From Gemmata obscuriglobus (GTDB lineage: Bacteria > Planctomycetota > Planctomycetia > Gemmatales > Gemmataceae), in assembly GCF_008065095.1 (NCBI RefSeq), contig NZ_CP042911.1, positions 4,620,001 to 4,652,000 of the forward strand: DNA of 32,000 nucleotides, read 5' to 3'. The stretch's first letter is position 1; every line of letters begins with the position of its first letter. A program made the position numbers and the translations under genes. Of this stretch, positions 15,356 to 24,982 are shown in pieces. Below the pieces are notes generated by a model. The model was given only the letters and a program-made list of their open reading frames with translations, was not told the DNA's origin and did not search any database.

Positions 15356-17134
15356 ATGGGCATCCTGTTCCAGATCAGCAACGCGCACAAAAGTTACGGC
15401 GACCAGGTGCTGCTCGACGGCGCCACGGCCACCCTCAGCGACGACACGAAGGTGGGGTTCGTCGGGCGAAACGGCGCCGGCAAGAGCACCCTGCTCCGCA
15501 TCCTTCTGGGTGAAGAGGAACTCGACAGCGGCGAGATCGCCCGCGGGACCAACCTGCGGCTGGGCTACCTGCGCCAGCACGACCCGTTCTTGCCGGGCGA
15601 GACGGCGATCGAGTTCCTGATGCGCGACAGCGAGCAGCCGGACTGGAAGTGCGGTGAGGTGGCGGGGCAGTTCGAGCTGAAAGGCGCGTACCTCAACGGC
15701 CCGATCGCGAAGCTCTCCGGCGGGTGGCAGACGCGGCTCAAGCTGGCGGCGCTGCTCCTGCACGAGCCCAACCTGCTCGTGCTCGACGAGCCCACCAACT
15801 TCCTCGACCTGCGAACGCAGATCCTGTTGGAGCACTTCTTGAAGGAGTTCCGGGCGGCGTGCCTGATCGTGTCGCACGACCGCGCGTTCCTGGCCGCGAC
15901 CTGCACGCACACGCTCGGCCTGTCGCGCGGGAAGTTGACCTACTTCCCGGGCAAAGTGGACGCGTACCTGAACTTCATGCAGGAGAACCGCGAGCGCGTG
16001 GAGCGGGCCAACGCCGCGGTGATTGCGAAGCGCAAACAGCTCGAGGACTTCATCGCGCGGAACAAGGCCCGGGCGGCGACCGCCGGCCTGGCGCAGTCGA
16101 AGGCCAAGGCGCTGGAGAAGCTCGAAACCGAAGAGGTGCTGGGCGACGAGCCCACCGCGCACATCCGCGCGCCTATTGTGGAACCGCGCAAGGGGGTCGC
16201 GCTGCGGTGCCGCGACGTCACCATCGGCTACCCGGACCGCGAGATCGCATCGGACGTCCAGATCGAAATCGACCACGGCACGCGCACCGCGATCGTCGGC
16301 GACAACGGCCAGGGGAAAACCACGTTCCTGCGCACAATCGTCGACTCGCTGAAGCCGCTCAAGGGCGACGTGAAGTGGGGGCACGGGTGCAAGCTGGGCG
16401 TCTACGCGCAGCACGTTTATACCACCCTGCCCGACAGCGAAACGGTCGAGGGCTACCTGCAACAGAAGGGCAAGGGGCGAAAGATCCAGGAGGTGCTGGA
16501 GGTCGCGGGGGCGATGCTGTTCCGCGGCTCGCACCTCCAGAAGAGCGTCAAGGTGCTGTCGGGCGGTGAGCGGGCGCGGCTGTGCCTCGCGGGGCTGCTG
16601 CTCAGCGACTACAACGTGCTCATCCTCGACGAGCCGGGTAACCACCTCGACGTCGACACCATCGAAGCCCTGATGGACGCGCTGGACGAGTACAAGGGCA
16701 CGGTCATCTTCACGAGCCACGACCGGCACTTCACCTCGCGGGTCGCGAACGGCGTGATCGAGGTGCGCGACGGCAAAGTGCTGATGTACAGCGGCAAGTA
16801 CGAGGAGTACCTGTACCGCGTGAACAAGGAGATCGAGGCCGGCGAGCGCGAGATGGCCGCGAACCGCCCCAAACTGCCCGACCAGGTGCGCAACGCCCCG
16901 AAGGGGGGCCGCAGCGCCCGGAGCGAAGAGAGCATCCGCCACGAGATGGCCAAACTGGAGCAGGCCCTCACAACGCTCAACGAAAAGCGGAGCGCCCTTG
17001 AGGTGCGTCTGGGCGAGCCCGCCGGGGACGACGAGCTTCAGCGGATGTGCGACGAGCTGGCCGAGGTCGCCGAGCAGCACGACGCCGCCGAGCAAAAATG
17101 GCTCGCGCTGCAAACCGAACTTGAAGCGCGGTAA
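15356..17134 (+). CDS. ABC-F family ATP-binding cassette protein (two NBDs, no TM domain, C-terminal coiled coil)
   Basis: First NBD: Walker A GRNGAGKST, signature LSGGWQTR, Walker B LLVLDEPTN. Second NBD: GDNGQGKTT, LSGGERAR, VLILDEPGNHLD. A charged linker separates the NBDs, and the C-terminus is a charged tail. Confidence 0.93.
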   Translation: MGILFQISNAHKSYGDQVLLDGATATLSDDTKVGFVGRNGAGKSTLLRILLGEEELDSGEIARGTNLRLGYLRQHDPFLPGETAIEFLMRDSEQPDWKCGEVAGQFELKGAYLNGPIAKLSGGWQTRLKLAALLLHEPNLLVLDEPTNFLDLRTQILLEHFLKEFRAACLIVSHDRAFLAATCTHTLGLSRGKLTYFPGKVDAYLNFMQENRERVERANAAVIAKRKQLEDFIARNKARAATAGLAQSKAKALEKLETEEVLGDEPTAHIRAPIVEPRKGVALRCRDVTIGYPDREIASDVQIEIDHGTRTAIVGDNGQGKTTFLRTIVDSLKPLKGDVKWGHGCKLGVYAQHVYTTLPDSETVEGYLQQKGKGRKIQEVLEVAGAMLFRGSHLQKSVKVLSGGERARLCLAGLLLSDYNVLILDEPGNHLDVDTIEALMDALDEYKGTVIFTSHDRHFTSRVANGVIEVRDGKVLMYSGKYEEYLYRVNKEIEAGEREMAANRPKLPDQVRNAPKGGRSARSEESIRHEMAKLEQALTTLNEKRSALEVRLGEPAGDDELQRMCDELAEVAEQHDAAEQKWLALQTELEAR

Positions 17135-17213
17135 CCGAAGCGCGGACCGTTGGCACACTTCCGACATGCGGCCGAAAAACCGATGAGGTGCGGGATCGAA
17201 TTGCCGTAACCCG

Positions 17214-17234
17214 GAGCGGGCTTCTTGCCCGCTC
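17214..17234 (+). terminator. Hairpin downstream of the ABC-F gene
   Basis: GAGCGGGC ttctt GCCCGCTC, an 8-bp stem about 80 nt after the stop codon. There is no U-tract. Confidence 0.4.
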
Positions 17235-17295
17235 TCGGGTCGCCCGCCCGGCTCTCACTTCTCAACTCCCTCGCGCTTTCGCACGACAATTTCAG

Positions 17296-17324
17296 TTGAC
17301 TTCGCCCCGCGGGAATGTGAATAT
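17296..17324 (+). promoter_or_regulatory. Sigma-70-like promoter candidate upstream of the DUF1501 gene
   Basis: TTGACT (17296-17301), a 17-nt spacer, then GAATAT (17319-17324) preceded by TGt (extended -10-like). It lies about 120 nt upstream of the ATG at 17444. The call rests on pattern only. Confidence 0.3.
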
Positions 17325-17443
17325 CTGATGAGTGGCTACTGTGCGGTACGACCTCCCGAGTACCCCGGAGCCACGTACTCCCACCGCGCCCCGTGGGATT
17401 TACTATCCCCTCACACCCAACCGCACTCGCGAGGGGTCCGCTG

Positions 17444-18736
17444 ATGCTTCGATTTCTCGGCTCCGCCCGCCGGTTCTGTGACGGTCACACCCGTCGCGAC
17501 TTCCTCCAGATCGGCGCGTTCGGCTCAGGTCTGACCCTGGCCGACGTGATGCGGCACCGCGCGGCGAGCGCGGCCGGCGCGAAGAAGCAGGCGAGCACGG
17601 CGCAGAAGTCCGCGATCATGATCTACCTGCCCGGTGGGCCGTCCCACATGGACATGTACGACCTGAAGCCCGACGCACCGGCCGAGTTTCGCGGCGAGTT
17701 CAAGCCGATCAAGACGAACGTCGCCGGGGTCGAAATCTGTGAGCACTTTCCGCTCCAAGCGAAGATGTGGGATAAGCTCGCGTGCGTGCGGTCAGTGGTG
17801 TCCGTCGACGAGCACTCGGACTCGCTGGTCATGACCGGCTACCCCGAACGGGTCAACCGGACCGCGGACCACCCCAGCTTCGGATCGGTGCTCTCAAAGC
17901 TGCGTTCTTCAAGCGGAGGAGCGGTCCCGCCGTTCGTCAGCCTGCGCGGGATGAGCCGGGGCACCGAACCGGGTTACCTCGGGATCGCGCACCGCCCGTT
18001 CACCCCGAGCGGTCAAGGGAACGCGAACCTCCGGTTGGCTAACGGCGTGAGCGCCGACCGGCTCGGCGATCGCAAGAACTTACTCGACAAGTTCGACGAC
18101 ACCCGCCGCGAAATCGATGCCACCGGCACGATGACCGGAATGGACGCGTACAATGAGAGAGCCATTGAGATGGTGACGGCCGGGGTCGTCCGCGACGCAC
18201 TCGACCTCAGGAAAGAAGACCCGAAGGTCGTCGACCGCTACAAAGGCGTGGAGGCGTTCCTGACCGCCTGGCGGCTGATCGAGGCGGGGGTCGGTTGCGT
18301 CACGCTCTCGGTCGGCGGCTGGGACACGCACGGGCAGAACTTCCAAACCCTCAAGCGGCAACTCCCGGTTGTCGATAAGGGCATCGCGAACCTGATCCAG
18401 GACCTGCACGACCGCGGGATGCAGGACGACGTGGTGACCGTGATGTGGGGCGAGTTCGGCCGCACCCCGAAGGTCAACGCGAGTGCCGGCCGCGACCACT
18501 GGTCCCCGGTGATGAGCGCGCTGATCGCCGGCGGCGGTCTGAAGATGGGCCAAGCAGTCGGCGCGAGCACTGCCAAGGGCGAGCGGCCGAAAGACAACCC
18601 GCTGAGCGTGCCCCGCGTACTGAGTACCATTTACGGCGTGCTCGGGATCGACCCCAGTACGACGTTCGCCAACGGCGCCGGCCGTCCGATGTACGTCCTT
18701 GATGAGCGCGAGCCCGTGAAAGAGTTGGTCGGCTGA
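17444..18736 (+). CDS. DUF1501 domain-containing protein (sulfatase-like fold) with Tat-type signal
   Basis: The ATG at 17444 has GAGGGG upstream. Tat-like motif RRDFLQIGAFG. DUF1501-typical blocks YLPGGPSHMDMYDLKP, GGWDTHGQN, EFGRTPKVN and GRDHW. Confidence 0.9.
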   Translation: MLRFLGSARRFCDGHTRRDFLQIGAFGSGLTLADVMRHRAASAAGAKKQASTAQKSAIMIYLPGGPSHMDMYDLKPDAPAEFRGEFKPIKTNVAGVEICEHFPLQAKMWDKLACVRSVVSVDEHSDSLVMTGYPERVNRTADHPSFGSVLSKLRSSSGGAVPPFVSLRGMSRGTEPGYLGIAHRPFTPSGQGNANLRLANGVSADRLGDRKNLLDKFDDTRREIDATGTMTGMDAYNERAIEMVTAGVVRDALDLRKEDPKVVDRYKGVEAFLTAWRLIEAGVGCVTLSVGGWDTHGQNFQTLKRQLPVVDKGIANLIQDLHDRGMQDDVVTVMWGEFGRTPKVNASAGRDHWSPVMSALIAGGGLKMGQAVGASTAKGERPKDNPLSVPRVLSTIYGVLGIDPSTTFANGAGRPMYVLDEREPVKELVG

Positions 18737-18838
18737 TGACGGCGCGGGATCGGTGCGGTACGGTATAACGGACGGATCGTATTGCTCCGTTCGCATTGCG
18801 CGGGCCACCGACCGGCCGCCTTCTGTAGGTGCGCCCTT

Positions 18839-19180
18839 ATGCCCCTCCTCTCGCGTAACGCCGCGCTCGCCCTGATTACCTTTGCGCTGCTCGTGACGGG
18901 GTGCGAGTCGCACAACAGGGGCAAGATCGTCGGCCAATGGAAGGCCGCCGACGGCGCGATGTTCGAGTTCACCGCCGACGGCCGGTTCATCGCCAGCGGC
19001 GGTGCAACGATCCAGGGCCGATACAGCCTCGGCTCCGGCGACACGGTGTACCTCAACGATCTCGATCCGCCGTTAAAAGGAGCCCGCCGGACACGCGAGA
19101 GGATCAGCATTACCGGCGACACGATGAACCTCGCCGGTGGACGGAGCACACCTTCCAAAACCTTCACCCGCGTGAAGTGA
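18839..19180 (+). CDS. Small lipoprotein (113 aa), hypothetical
   Basis: The internal ATG of ORF 18782..19180 gives MPLLSRNAALALITFALLVTGC, with a lipobox L-V-T-G-C. Third-position GC is high. Confidence 0.6.
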   Translation: MPLLSRNAALALITFALLVTGCESHNRGKIVGQWKAADGAMFEFTADGRFIASGGATIQGRYSLGSGDTVYLNDLDPPLKGARRTRERISITGDTMNLAGGRSTPSKTFTRVK

Positions 19181-19245
19181 GCCGAACACCACACCTGACG
19201 CCGCACCCGCGTGCGCACCGCCCGCCCCCCGCCAGAGACGTCCCA

Positions 19246-21720
19246 ATGACCCGCCGCGCGCTCGCGCTTCTCGTCCTCTGCGTCGCCGCCCCAGGCTCCC
19301 CGGCCGCCGACGCCCCGATCACCGCCGTCGTTACACACCCGACGGGCTTCAACCTGAAAGGCGCGGACGACGCCCCCCAACTTTTGGTCACCGGCATCCG
19401 CGCCGACGGCCGCTCGATCGACCTCACCGGTGCAGCCCAGTACGCCGTCGGCGACCCGAAAATTGTCCGCGTCGAACCGAACGGCCGCGTGTTCCCGCTC
19501 GCCAACGGGTCCACCGAGATCACCGTTCGCGTTGCGGGCAAGGCGCTCAAGGTGCCGGTGGTGGCGGGGAAGATGGAGACGCCGCTGCCGATCAACTTCG
19601 CCAACCACGTCGTGCCGATCTTCACCAAGTTGAACTGCTCGTCCGGCGGATGTCACGGGAAGATCGCCGGTCAGAACGGGTTCCGCCTCTCCCTGCTCGG
19701 ATTTGACCCGCCGTTCGACTACGAGAACTTGTTGAAGGAGGGTCGCGGGCGCCGCGTGTTCCCGGCCGCCCCGGACTCCAGCCTGCTCCTCACGAAGGCG
19801 ATCGGCGCGGTCCCGCACGGCGGCGGCAAAAAGATGGAGAAGGACAGCGAGGAGTACAAGATCGTCCGCCGGTGGATCGCGTCCGGGCTCCCCTACGGCG
19901 ACAAGAGCGACCCGACCGTCACGAGGATCAGCGTTTTTCCCGAGAGCCGCGTGCTGGACCGCAAAGGGCGTCAGCAACTCGCGGTGCACGCGCACTACTC
20001 CGACGGTTCGGTTGAGGACGTGACCCGCCGCGCGCAGTATGAGAGCAACGACACGGACATCGCGACCGTGACCGAGGCGGGTCTGGTGAGCACACTGAGT
20101 ATCACCGGTCAAGCCGCGGTGATGGCGCGGTTCAACGGGCAGGTAACTGTGTTCCGGGCGGCCGTTCCACGCGCGGGGGCGGTTGCGGCGTTCGACTTCA
20201 AGGAACAAACGGTCGTCGACCGTCACACCGCGAAGAAGTGGAACGAGCTGAACATCGCCCCGTCGGAGCTTTGCAGCGACGAGGTGTTCATCCGCCGACT
20301 GTATCTCGACCTGACCGGCACCCTGCCGGAAGCGGAAGAGGTCCGGGCGTTCGTCGCCGACAAGGGCGCGGAGAAGCGAGGCGCCCTCGTTGACCGGCTG
20401 CTCGAAACGCCGGAGTACGCATACTTCTTCGCGAACAAGTGGGCCGACATCCTCCGCGTCAAGCGCCGCAACCAGCCGAACCGCGCATACGGCACGTTCG
20501 CGTTCCACACCTGGATCCGCGAGGCGGTGACCGCGGACAAGCCCTACGACGACTTCGTGCGCGACATCCTGTGTGCGATCGGCGACGAGAGCAAATCCCC
20601 GCCGACGGTGTGGTACAAGGAGGTCAAGACGCCCGAGCAGTTCGTGGACGACGTGAGCCAGGTGTTCCTGGGGCAACGCCTCGCGTGCGCGAACTGCCAC
20701 CACCACCCCTACGAGAAGTGGTCGCAAGACGACTACTGGGGGGTCGCGGCGTTCTTCGGCCGCGTCGGGTTCAAGAGCGTGCAAACACCGGGCGCGTCGC
20801 CCCAGAACCAGCAGAACCAGAAGCAGGTTCTGTTCGTGCGCAGCGCCGGCGCTGTGCAGAACAAGCGCACGGGTCAAACCGCGCCGATGAAGGCGCTCGA
20901 CGCGGACCCGATGACCGCCGCGAGCGACGAGGACCCGCGGCAGAAGTTTGCGGACTGGATGGTGTCGCCCAAGAACCCGTTCTTCGCGAAGACGGTGGCG
21001 AACCGGTACTGGGCGCACTTCTTCGGCCGCGGCATCGTTGATCCGCTCGACGACATGCGCGTGACCAACCCGCCGTCCAACCCCGAACTGCTCGACGCGC
21101 TGACGCAAACGCTGGTCGACAACAAGTACTCGCTGAAGGCGCTGATCAGAACCATCTGCAAGAGCCGAACCTACCAGCTCTCGGCCGAACCGAACGAGTT
21201 CAACACCGGGGACAAGCAGTCGTTCGCCCGGTACTACCCGAAGCGCCTCCAGGCCGAGGTGCTGTTCGATGCGGTGATGAAGCTGACCGACAGCCCGACG
21301 AGCTTCGCGGGGCTGCCGACCGACAAGTTCGCCCCGACGCGGGCGATCATGCTGCCGGACGAGTCGTTCCAGTCGTACTTCCTGGACGTGACCGGCCGCC
21401 CGCAGCGGATCAGCGCGTGCGAGTGCGAGCGGGTGAACGAGGCCAGCCTCGCGATGACGCTGCACCTGCTGAACAGCCAGGAAATACAGGACAAGATCGC
21501 GCGGGCCGGCGGGCGCGCGGACCGGCTCGCCAGGGACAAACGGTCCGACGCCGAGAAGGTCGAGGAGCTGTTCCTTCTCGCGACCGGCGCGAAGCCGACC
21601 AAGGAGAAGATGGACCTCGCGCTCGAGCACATCGCCAAGCACGAGAAGAGCAAGAAGACCGCTTACGAAAACGTCATCTGGGCGCTGCTGAACTCGAAAG
21701 CGTTCTTGTTCAATCAGTAG
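19246..21720 (+). CDS. DUF1549/DUF1553 domain-containing protein with N-terminal Ig-like (Big_2-type) and PSCyt2-like segments
   Basis: ATG at 19246 gives the signal peptide MTRRALALLVLCVAAPGSPAADA. A Big_2-like beta domain follows. Further blocks: cytochrome-like NCSSGGCHGK, DUF1549 FIRRLYLDLTGTLPEAEEV and DUF1553 CANCHHHPYEKWSQDDYWG. Confidence 0.9.
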   Translation: MTRRALALLVLCVAAPGSPAADAPITAVVTHPTGFNLKGADDAPQLLVTGIRADGRSIDLTGAAQYAVGDPKIVRVEPNGRVFPLANGSTEITVRVAGKALKVPVVAGKMETPLPINFANHVVPIFTKLNCSSGGCHGKIAGQNGFRLSLLGFDPPFDYENLLKEGRGRRVFPAAPDSSLLLTKAIGAVPHGGGKKMEKDSEEYKIVRRWIASGLPYGDKSDPTVTRISVFPESRVLDRKGRQQLAVHAHYSDGSVEDVTRRAQYESNDTDIATVTEAGLVSTLSITGQAAVMARFNGQVTVFRAAVPRAGAVAAFDFKEQTVVDRHTAKKWNELNIAPSELCSDEVFIRRLYLDLTGTLPEAEEVRAFVADKGAEKRGALVDRLLETPEYAYFFANKWADILRVKRRNQPNRAYGTFAFHTWIREAVTADKPYDDFVRDILCAIGDESKSPPTVWYKEVKTPEQFVDDVSQVFLGQRLACANCHHHPYEKWSQDDYWGVAAFFGRVGFKSVQTPGASPQNQQNQKQVLFVRSAGAVQNKRTGQTAPMKALDADPMTAASDEDPRQKFADWMVSPKNPFFAKTVANRYWAHFFGRGIVDPLDDMRVTNPPSNPELLDALTQTLVDNKYSLKALIRTICKSRTYQLSAEPNEFNTGDKQSFARYYPKRLQAEVLFDAVMKLTDSPTSFAGLPTDKFAPTRAIMLPDESFQSYFLDVTGRPQRISACECERVNEASLAMTLHLLNSQEIQDKIARAGGRADRLARDKRSDAEKVEELFLLATGAKPTKEKMDLALEHIAKHEKSKKTAYENVIWALLNSKAFLFNQ

Positions 21721-21730
21721 CGCCGTCCGT

Positions 21731-21794
21731 TTGTTGTGCTCGGCGCGGCGGGTTCGTGCCAAACGCGCGAATGCCGCCGCGCCGAGCACAACAA
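21731..21794. terminator. Bidirectional terminator hairpin between convergent genes
   Basis: Perfect 21-bp arms TTGTTGTGCTCGGCGCGGCGG (21731-21751) and CCGCCGCGCCGAGCACAACAA (21774-21794). It lies between the DUF1553 stop (21720) and the ugd stop (21801). Confidence 0.7.
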
Positions 21795-21800
21795 GGGCGA

Positions 21801-23135
21801 TCAGTTCTTACCGCGACCGATCCCGTAGTACGTGAACCCGGCCTCGAGCAGGTGGTGCTCCTGCTCGGCGTACAGGTTGCGCCCGTCGAAGATCACCGGC
21901 GCCGCGAGCCGCTTCCTCACCTCGACGAAGTCGGGGCCGCGGAACTCCGGCCACTCGGTCACCAGGACCAGGGCGGCGGCCCCGTCGAGTGCCCCGAGCG
22001 GGTCCGAAGCGTACTGCAACTTGTCGCCGTAAATGGCCTTCACGTTCTTTGCCGCCTCGGGGTCGAACGTCTTCACCTTCGCCCCGGCGGCCAGCAGCGC
22101 GTCGATGAGGGTCAGCGCCGGGGCCTCGCGGATGTCGTCGGTCTTCGGCTTGAACGCGAGCCCCCACACGGCGAACGTCTTGCCCGCGAGTTGACCGCCG
22201 AAGTGTTTGGTGATCTTCCCGAACAGCACCTTCTTTTGCGCGTCGTTGGCCTCGTCGACCGCCTCGCAGACGCGGAGCTTAACCCCCATCCGCTGCGCGG
22301 CGGCGATGAGCCCCAGCACGTCCTTCGGGAAGCACGACCCGCCGTACCCCGGACCGGGGGCGAAGAACTGGAACCCGATCCGCTGGTCGTGACCGATGCC
22401 CTTCCGGACCGCGTTGATGTCGGCGCCGGCGGCGTCGCACAGGTTCGCGACCTCGTTGATAAAGCTGATCTTCGTGGCGAGCACCGCGTTCGCGGCGTAC
22501 TTGGTCATCTCCGCGGACTCGGGCGCCATCACCAGGAACGGTCGGTCCACGGTGCAGTACGGAGCGTACAGCTCGCCGAGCGCCTCGCCGACCAGTTCGT
22601 GGCGCACGCCCACGACCACCCGGTCGGGGTTCATGAAGTCCTCGAGCGCGGCGCCCTCCTTGAGGAACTCGGGGTTACTGGCGACCGACACGTGCGAGCA
22701 GCCGTTGGCGATCACCCGCTCCGTGACGGCCCGGTTCGTTCCGGGCGGCACCGTGCTTTTCAGAACGATGATCCGGTCGCCGGGCGCGCCTTTCGGTAAC
22801 TCCTTGAGGGCCGCGCACACGCCGTCAACGACCGCGTTCACGTACTTCAGGTCCACGTCGCCGTTGGGCAACTCCGGAGTGCCGACGGCGACGAAAATGA
22901 ACTTCGCACCGCGCACGGCCGCGGCGAGATCGCCGGTGAAGGTGAGCCGCCCGGCCTCCCGGTTGCGCTTCACAAGAACGTCGAGCCCGGGTTCGTAGAT
23001 CGGGATACCGCCGCCCTGGAGCAGCGCCAGCTTTTCGGGGTTGTTGTCCACACAGGTGACGGAATTGCCGGTCTCGGCGAGGCACGTTCCAGTAACCAGT
23101 CCGACGTACCCAGTGCCAACGACAGCAACGTTCAT
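21801..23135 (-). CDS. ugd: UDP-glucose 6-dehydrogenase
   Basis: N-terminal VVGTGYVGLVTGTCLAE, catalytic GGSCFPKD, and a full-length 444-aa architecture typical of the UDP-glucose/GDP-mannose dehydrogenase family. Confidence 0.93.
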   Translation of the reverse strand: MNVAVVGTGYVGLVTGTCLAETGNSVTCVDNNPEKLALLQGGGIPIYEPGLDVLVKRNREAGRLTFTGDLAAAVRGAKFIFVAVGTPELPNGDVDLKYVNAVVDGVCAALKELPKGAPGDRIIVLKSTVPPGTNRAVTERVIANGCSHVSVASNPEFLKEGAALEDFMNPDRVVVGVRHELVGEALGELYAPYCTVDRPFLVMAPESAEMTKYAANAVLATKISFINEVANLCDAAGADINAVRKGIGHDQRIGFQFFAPGPGYGGSCFPKDVLGLIAAAQRMGVKLRVCEAVDEANDAQKKVLFGKITKHFGGQLAGKTFAVWGLAFKPKTDDIREAPALTLIDALLAAGAKVKTFDPEAAKNVKAIYGDKLQYASDPLGALDGAAALVLVTEWPEFRGPDFVEVRKRLAAPVIFDGRNLYAEQEHHLLEAGFTYYGIGRGKN

Positions 23136-23308
23136 GCGGGCTCCGAATCCTGGTGCAGATCACGGGCAAACAGCGGTGCTGATGTGGTACCCGCGAACAC
23201 GCGGGGTTTCAAGAGTTTCGTTGGCGTCTTGGACCCGTTTCTGCCTTATCTCCGTGCCCACGACAGGAGTATGACAACACGACGCCACATACCAGCTTGT
23301 GCAGCGGT

Positions 23309-24898
23309 TTACCGGTCTTTTAACATCTCCCGGGCCGCGTTGAGCCCGCACGCGCCCATCACCCCCCCGCCCGGGTGCGCGGCGGCGCCGCACAGATACA
23401 ACCCTTTCACCGGGGTGCGGTAGTTCGCGTAACCGGCCGCCGGGCGGAAGCTGAACATGCTCGACAGGCTCATCGCCCCCTGCATGATGTTCCCGCCGGT
23501 GATGCCCCACATCCGCTCCATGTCCGGCGGCGGGATGACGATGCGGTGCAGCACGCTCGATTTGAACCCCGGCGCGTACTCCTCCAAAATGTCAAAACAC
23601 CGGTCCGCGAACTTGTCCTTTTCCGCGTCCCAAGTCGTGCCCTTCAGATGGTACGGCGCGTACTGCACGAACATACTCAGGATGTGCTTACCTTCGGGCG
23701 CGAGCGTGCTGTCGAGGGCGGTTGCCATCGTGCATTCGAGCATCGGGTTCTGGGACCAGCGGCCGTACTTCGCGTCGTCGAAGGCGCGCTCGATGTAGTC
23801 CTGGTCCGGGCAGATGTGCATCGTGCCGTGGTGCTGCGGCCCGACCTTCCCGTCGGACGGAAGGGCCTTCCAGTTCGGCGGCCGGTCCAGTGCCACGTTG
23901 ATCTTCACCGTGGCCGACGAGTAGTCGATCTTCTTCACCTGCGCGGTGAACTCGGCGGGCAGGTCCTTCGGGTCCATCAGCTTCAGGAACGTCACGTTCG
24001 CGTCCGCACAGGAGGCCACCCGGCGCGCGCGGAACTCGGTGCCGTCTTTCAGCGCCACCCCTTGAACAACCCCGTTGTTGACCAGGATCTTGCCCACCTC
24101 GGCGTTGGTGCGGATCTCGGCGCCGTAACTCTTCGCGGCCGATGCAATGCTGTTCGAGATGGTCCCCATCCCGCCGCGGACGTAGCCCCACACCCCGCGC
24201 ACGCCGTTGCACTCGCCCATCACGTGGTGGAAGAGGACGTAAGCCGTGCCCGGGTGCGACGGCGGCGCGTAGGCCCCGATCACGGCGTCCGTCGCGATGG
24301 TCGCCTTCAGTTCTTCCGACTCGAACCACCGATCCAGAATGGGCCGGGCGGCGCCGGTGAGAATCTCAACAGCTTCGGTCGCGGTGGTGCGGCCCAGGCG
24401 GCGGAACCCCATTCCCAGTTGCCCGAGCTTCCAAAGCGATCCCACCCCGCCGAACGGGTCGGGCGGGGTTTGTGTCAGCATCGGCTCAAGGAAATCGGCC
24501 ACCCGCGTGAGCATGTCCTCGTACTTGGGATACGCGTCCGCGTCCCTCTTCGAGAACTTCGCGATCTCGCGGTGGGTCATCTCCTTGTCCGGCCCCATCA
24601 TCAGATACCGCCCGTCCGGGAACGGGGTGAACGACGAGGGGCTGCGCGGCAGCATCTCGAACCCGTACTTCTTGAGTTCCAGGTCCTTAATGATTTCGGG
24701 GCGTAACAGACTGTTCACGTAAGCCGCGGTGGAGACCTTGAACCCGGGCCACAGTTCTTCCGTAATACAGCACCCGCCGACGATCTCGCGGCGCTCGAGT
24801 ACCAGCACCTTGTACCCGGTCTTGGCGAGGTACGCAGCCGTCACCAGCCCGTTGTGCCCGCCCCCGATGATGATCGCGTCGTGGGTGTTGTTCGCCAT
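23309..24898 (-). CDS. NAD(P)/FAD-dependent oxidoreductase, phytoene desaturase (CrtI)-related family (COG1233 type)
   Basis: N-terminal dinucleotide fold DAIIIGGGHNGLVTAAYLAKTGYKVLVLERREIVGG, and C-terminal LYLCGAAAHPGGGVMG typical of this family. The substrate cannot be inferred. Confidence 0.88.
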   Translation of the reverse strand: MANNTHDAIIIGGGHNGLVTAAYLAKTGYKVLVLERREIVGGCCITEELWPGFKVSTAAYVNSLLRPEIIKDLELKKYGFEMLPRSPSSFTPFPDGRYLMMGPDKEMTHREIAKFSKRDADAYPKYEDMLTRVADFLEPMLTQTPPDPFGGVGSLWKLGQLGMGFRRLGRTTATEAVEILTGAARPILDRWFESEELKATIATDAVIGAYAPPSHPGTAYVLFHHVMGECNGVRGVWGYVRGGMGTISNSIASAAKSYGAEIRTNAEVGKILVNNGVVQGVALKDGTEFRARRVASCADANVTFLKLMDPKDLPAEFTAQVKKIDYSSATVKINVALDRPPNWKALPSDGKVGPQHHGTMHICPDQDYIERAFDDAKYGRWSQNPMLECTMATALDSTLAPEGKHILSMFVQYAPYHLKGTTWDAEKDKFADRCFDILEEYAPGFKSSVLHRIVIPPPDMERMWGITGGNIMQGAMSLSSMFSFRPAAGYANYRTPVKGLYLCGAAAHPGGGVMGACGLNAAREMLKDR

Positions 24899-24982
24899 GC
24901 GGCTGCCTCGGGGTGTATTCGTGGTGGGTGTTATTCTAGGTAAGCTGAGGTCCGGAGTTTCCGTATCTGTCTCAATTCAACG

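Noticed and set aside
14714-17167. 817-aa ORF antisense to the hemolysin-III and ABC-F genes
   Set aside because: It is a codon-aligned shadow frame (phase 2, as for 14561 and 15356). The translation has no motifs, and the sense strand has complete double Walker A/B and ABC signatures.
18631-21789. 1052-aa ORF antisense to the lipoprotein and DUF1549/DUF1553 genes
   Set aside because: It is codon-aligned with the sense gene starting at 19246 (phase 1). The translation is low-complexity, and the sense protein has clear family signatures and a signal peptide.
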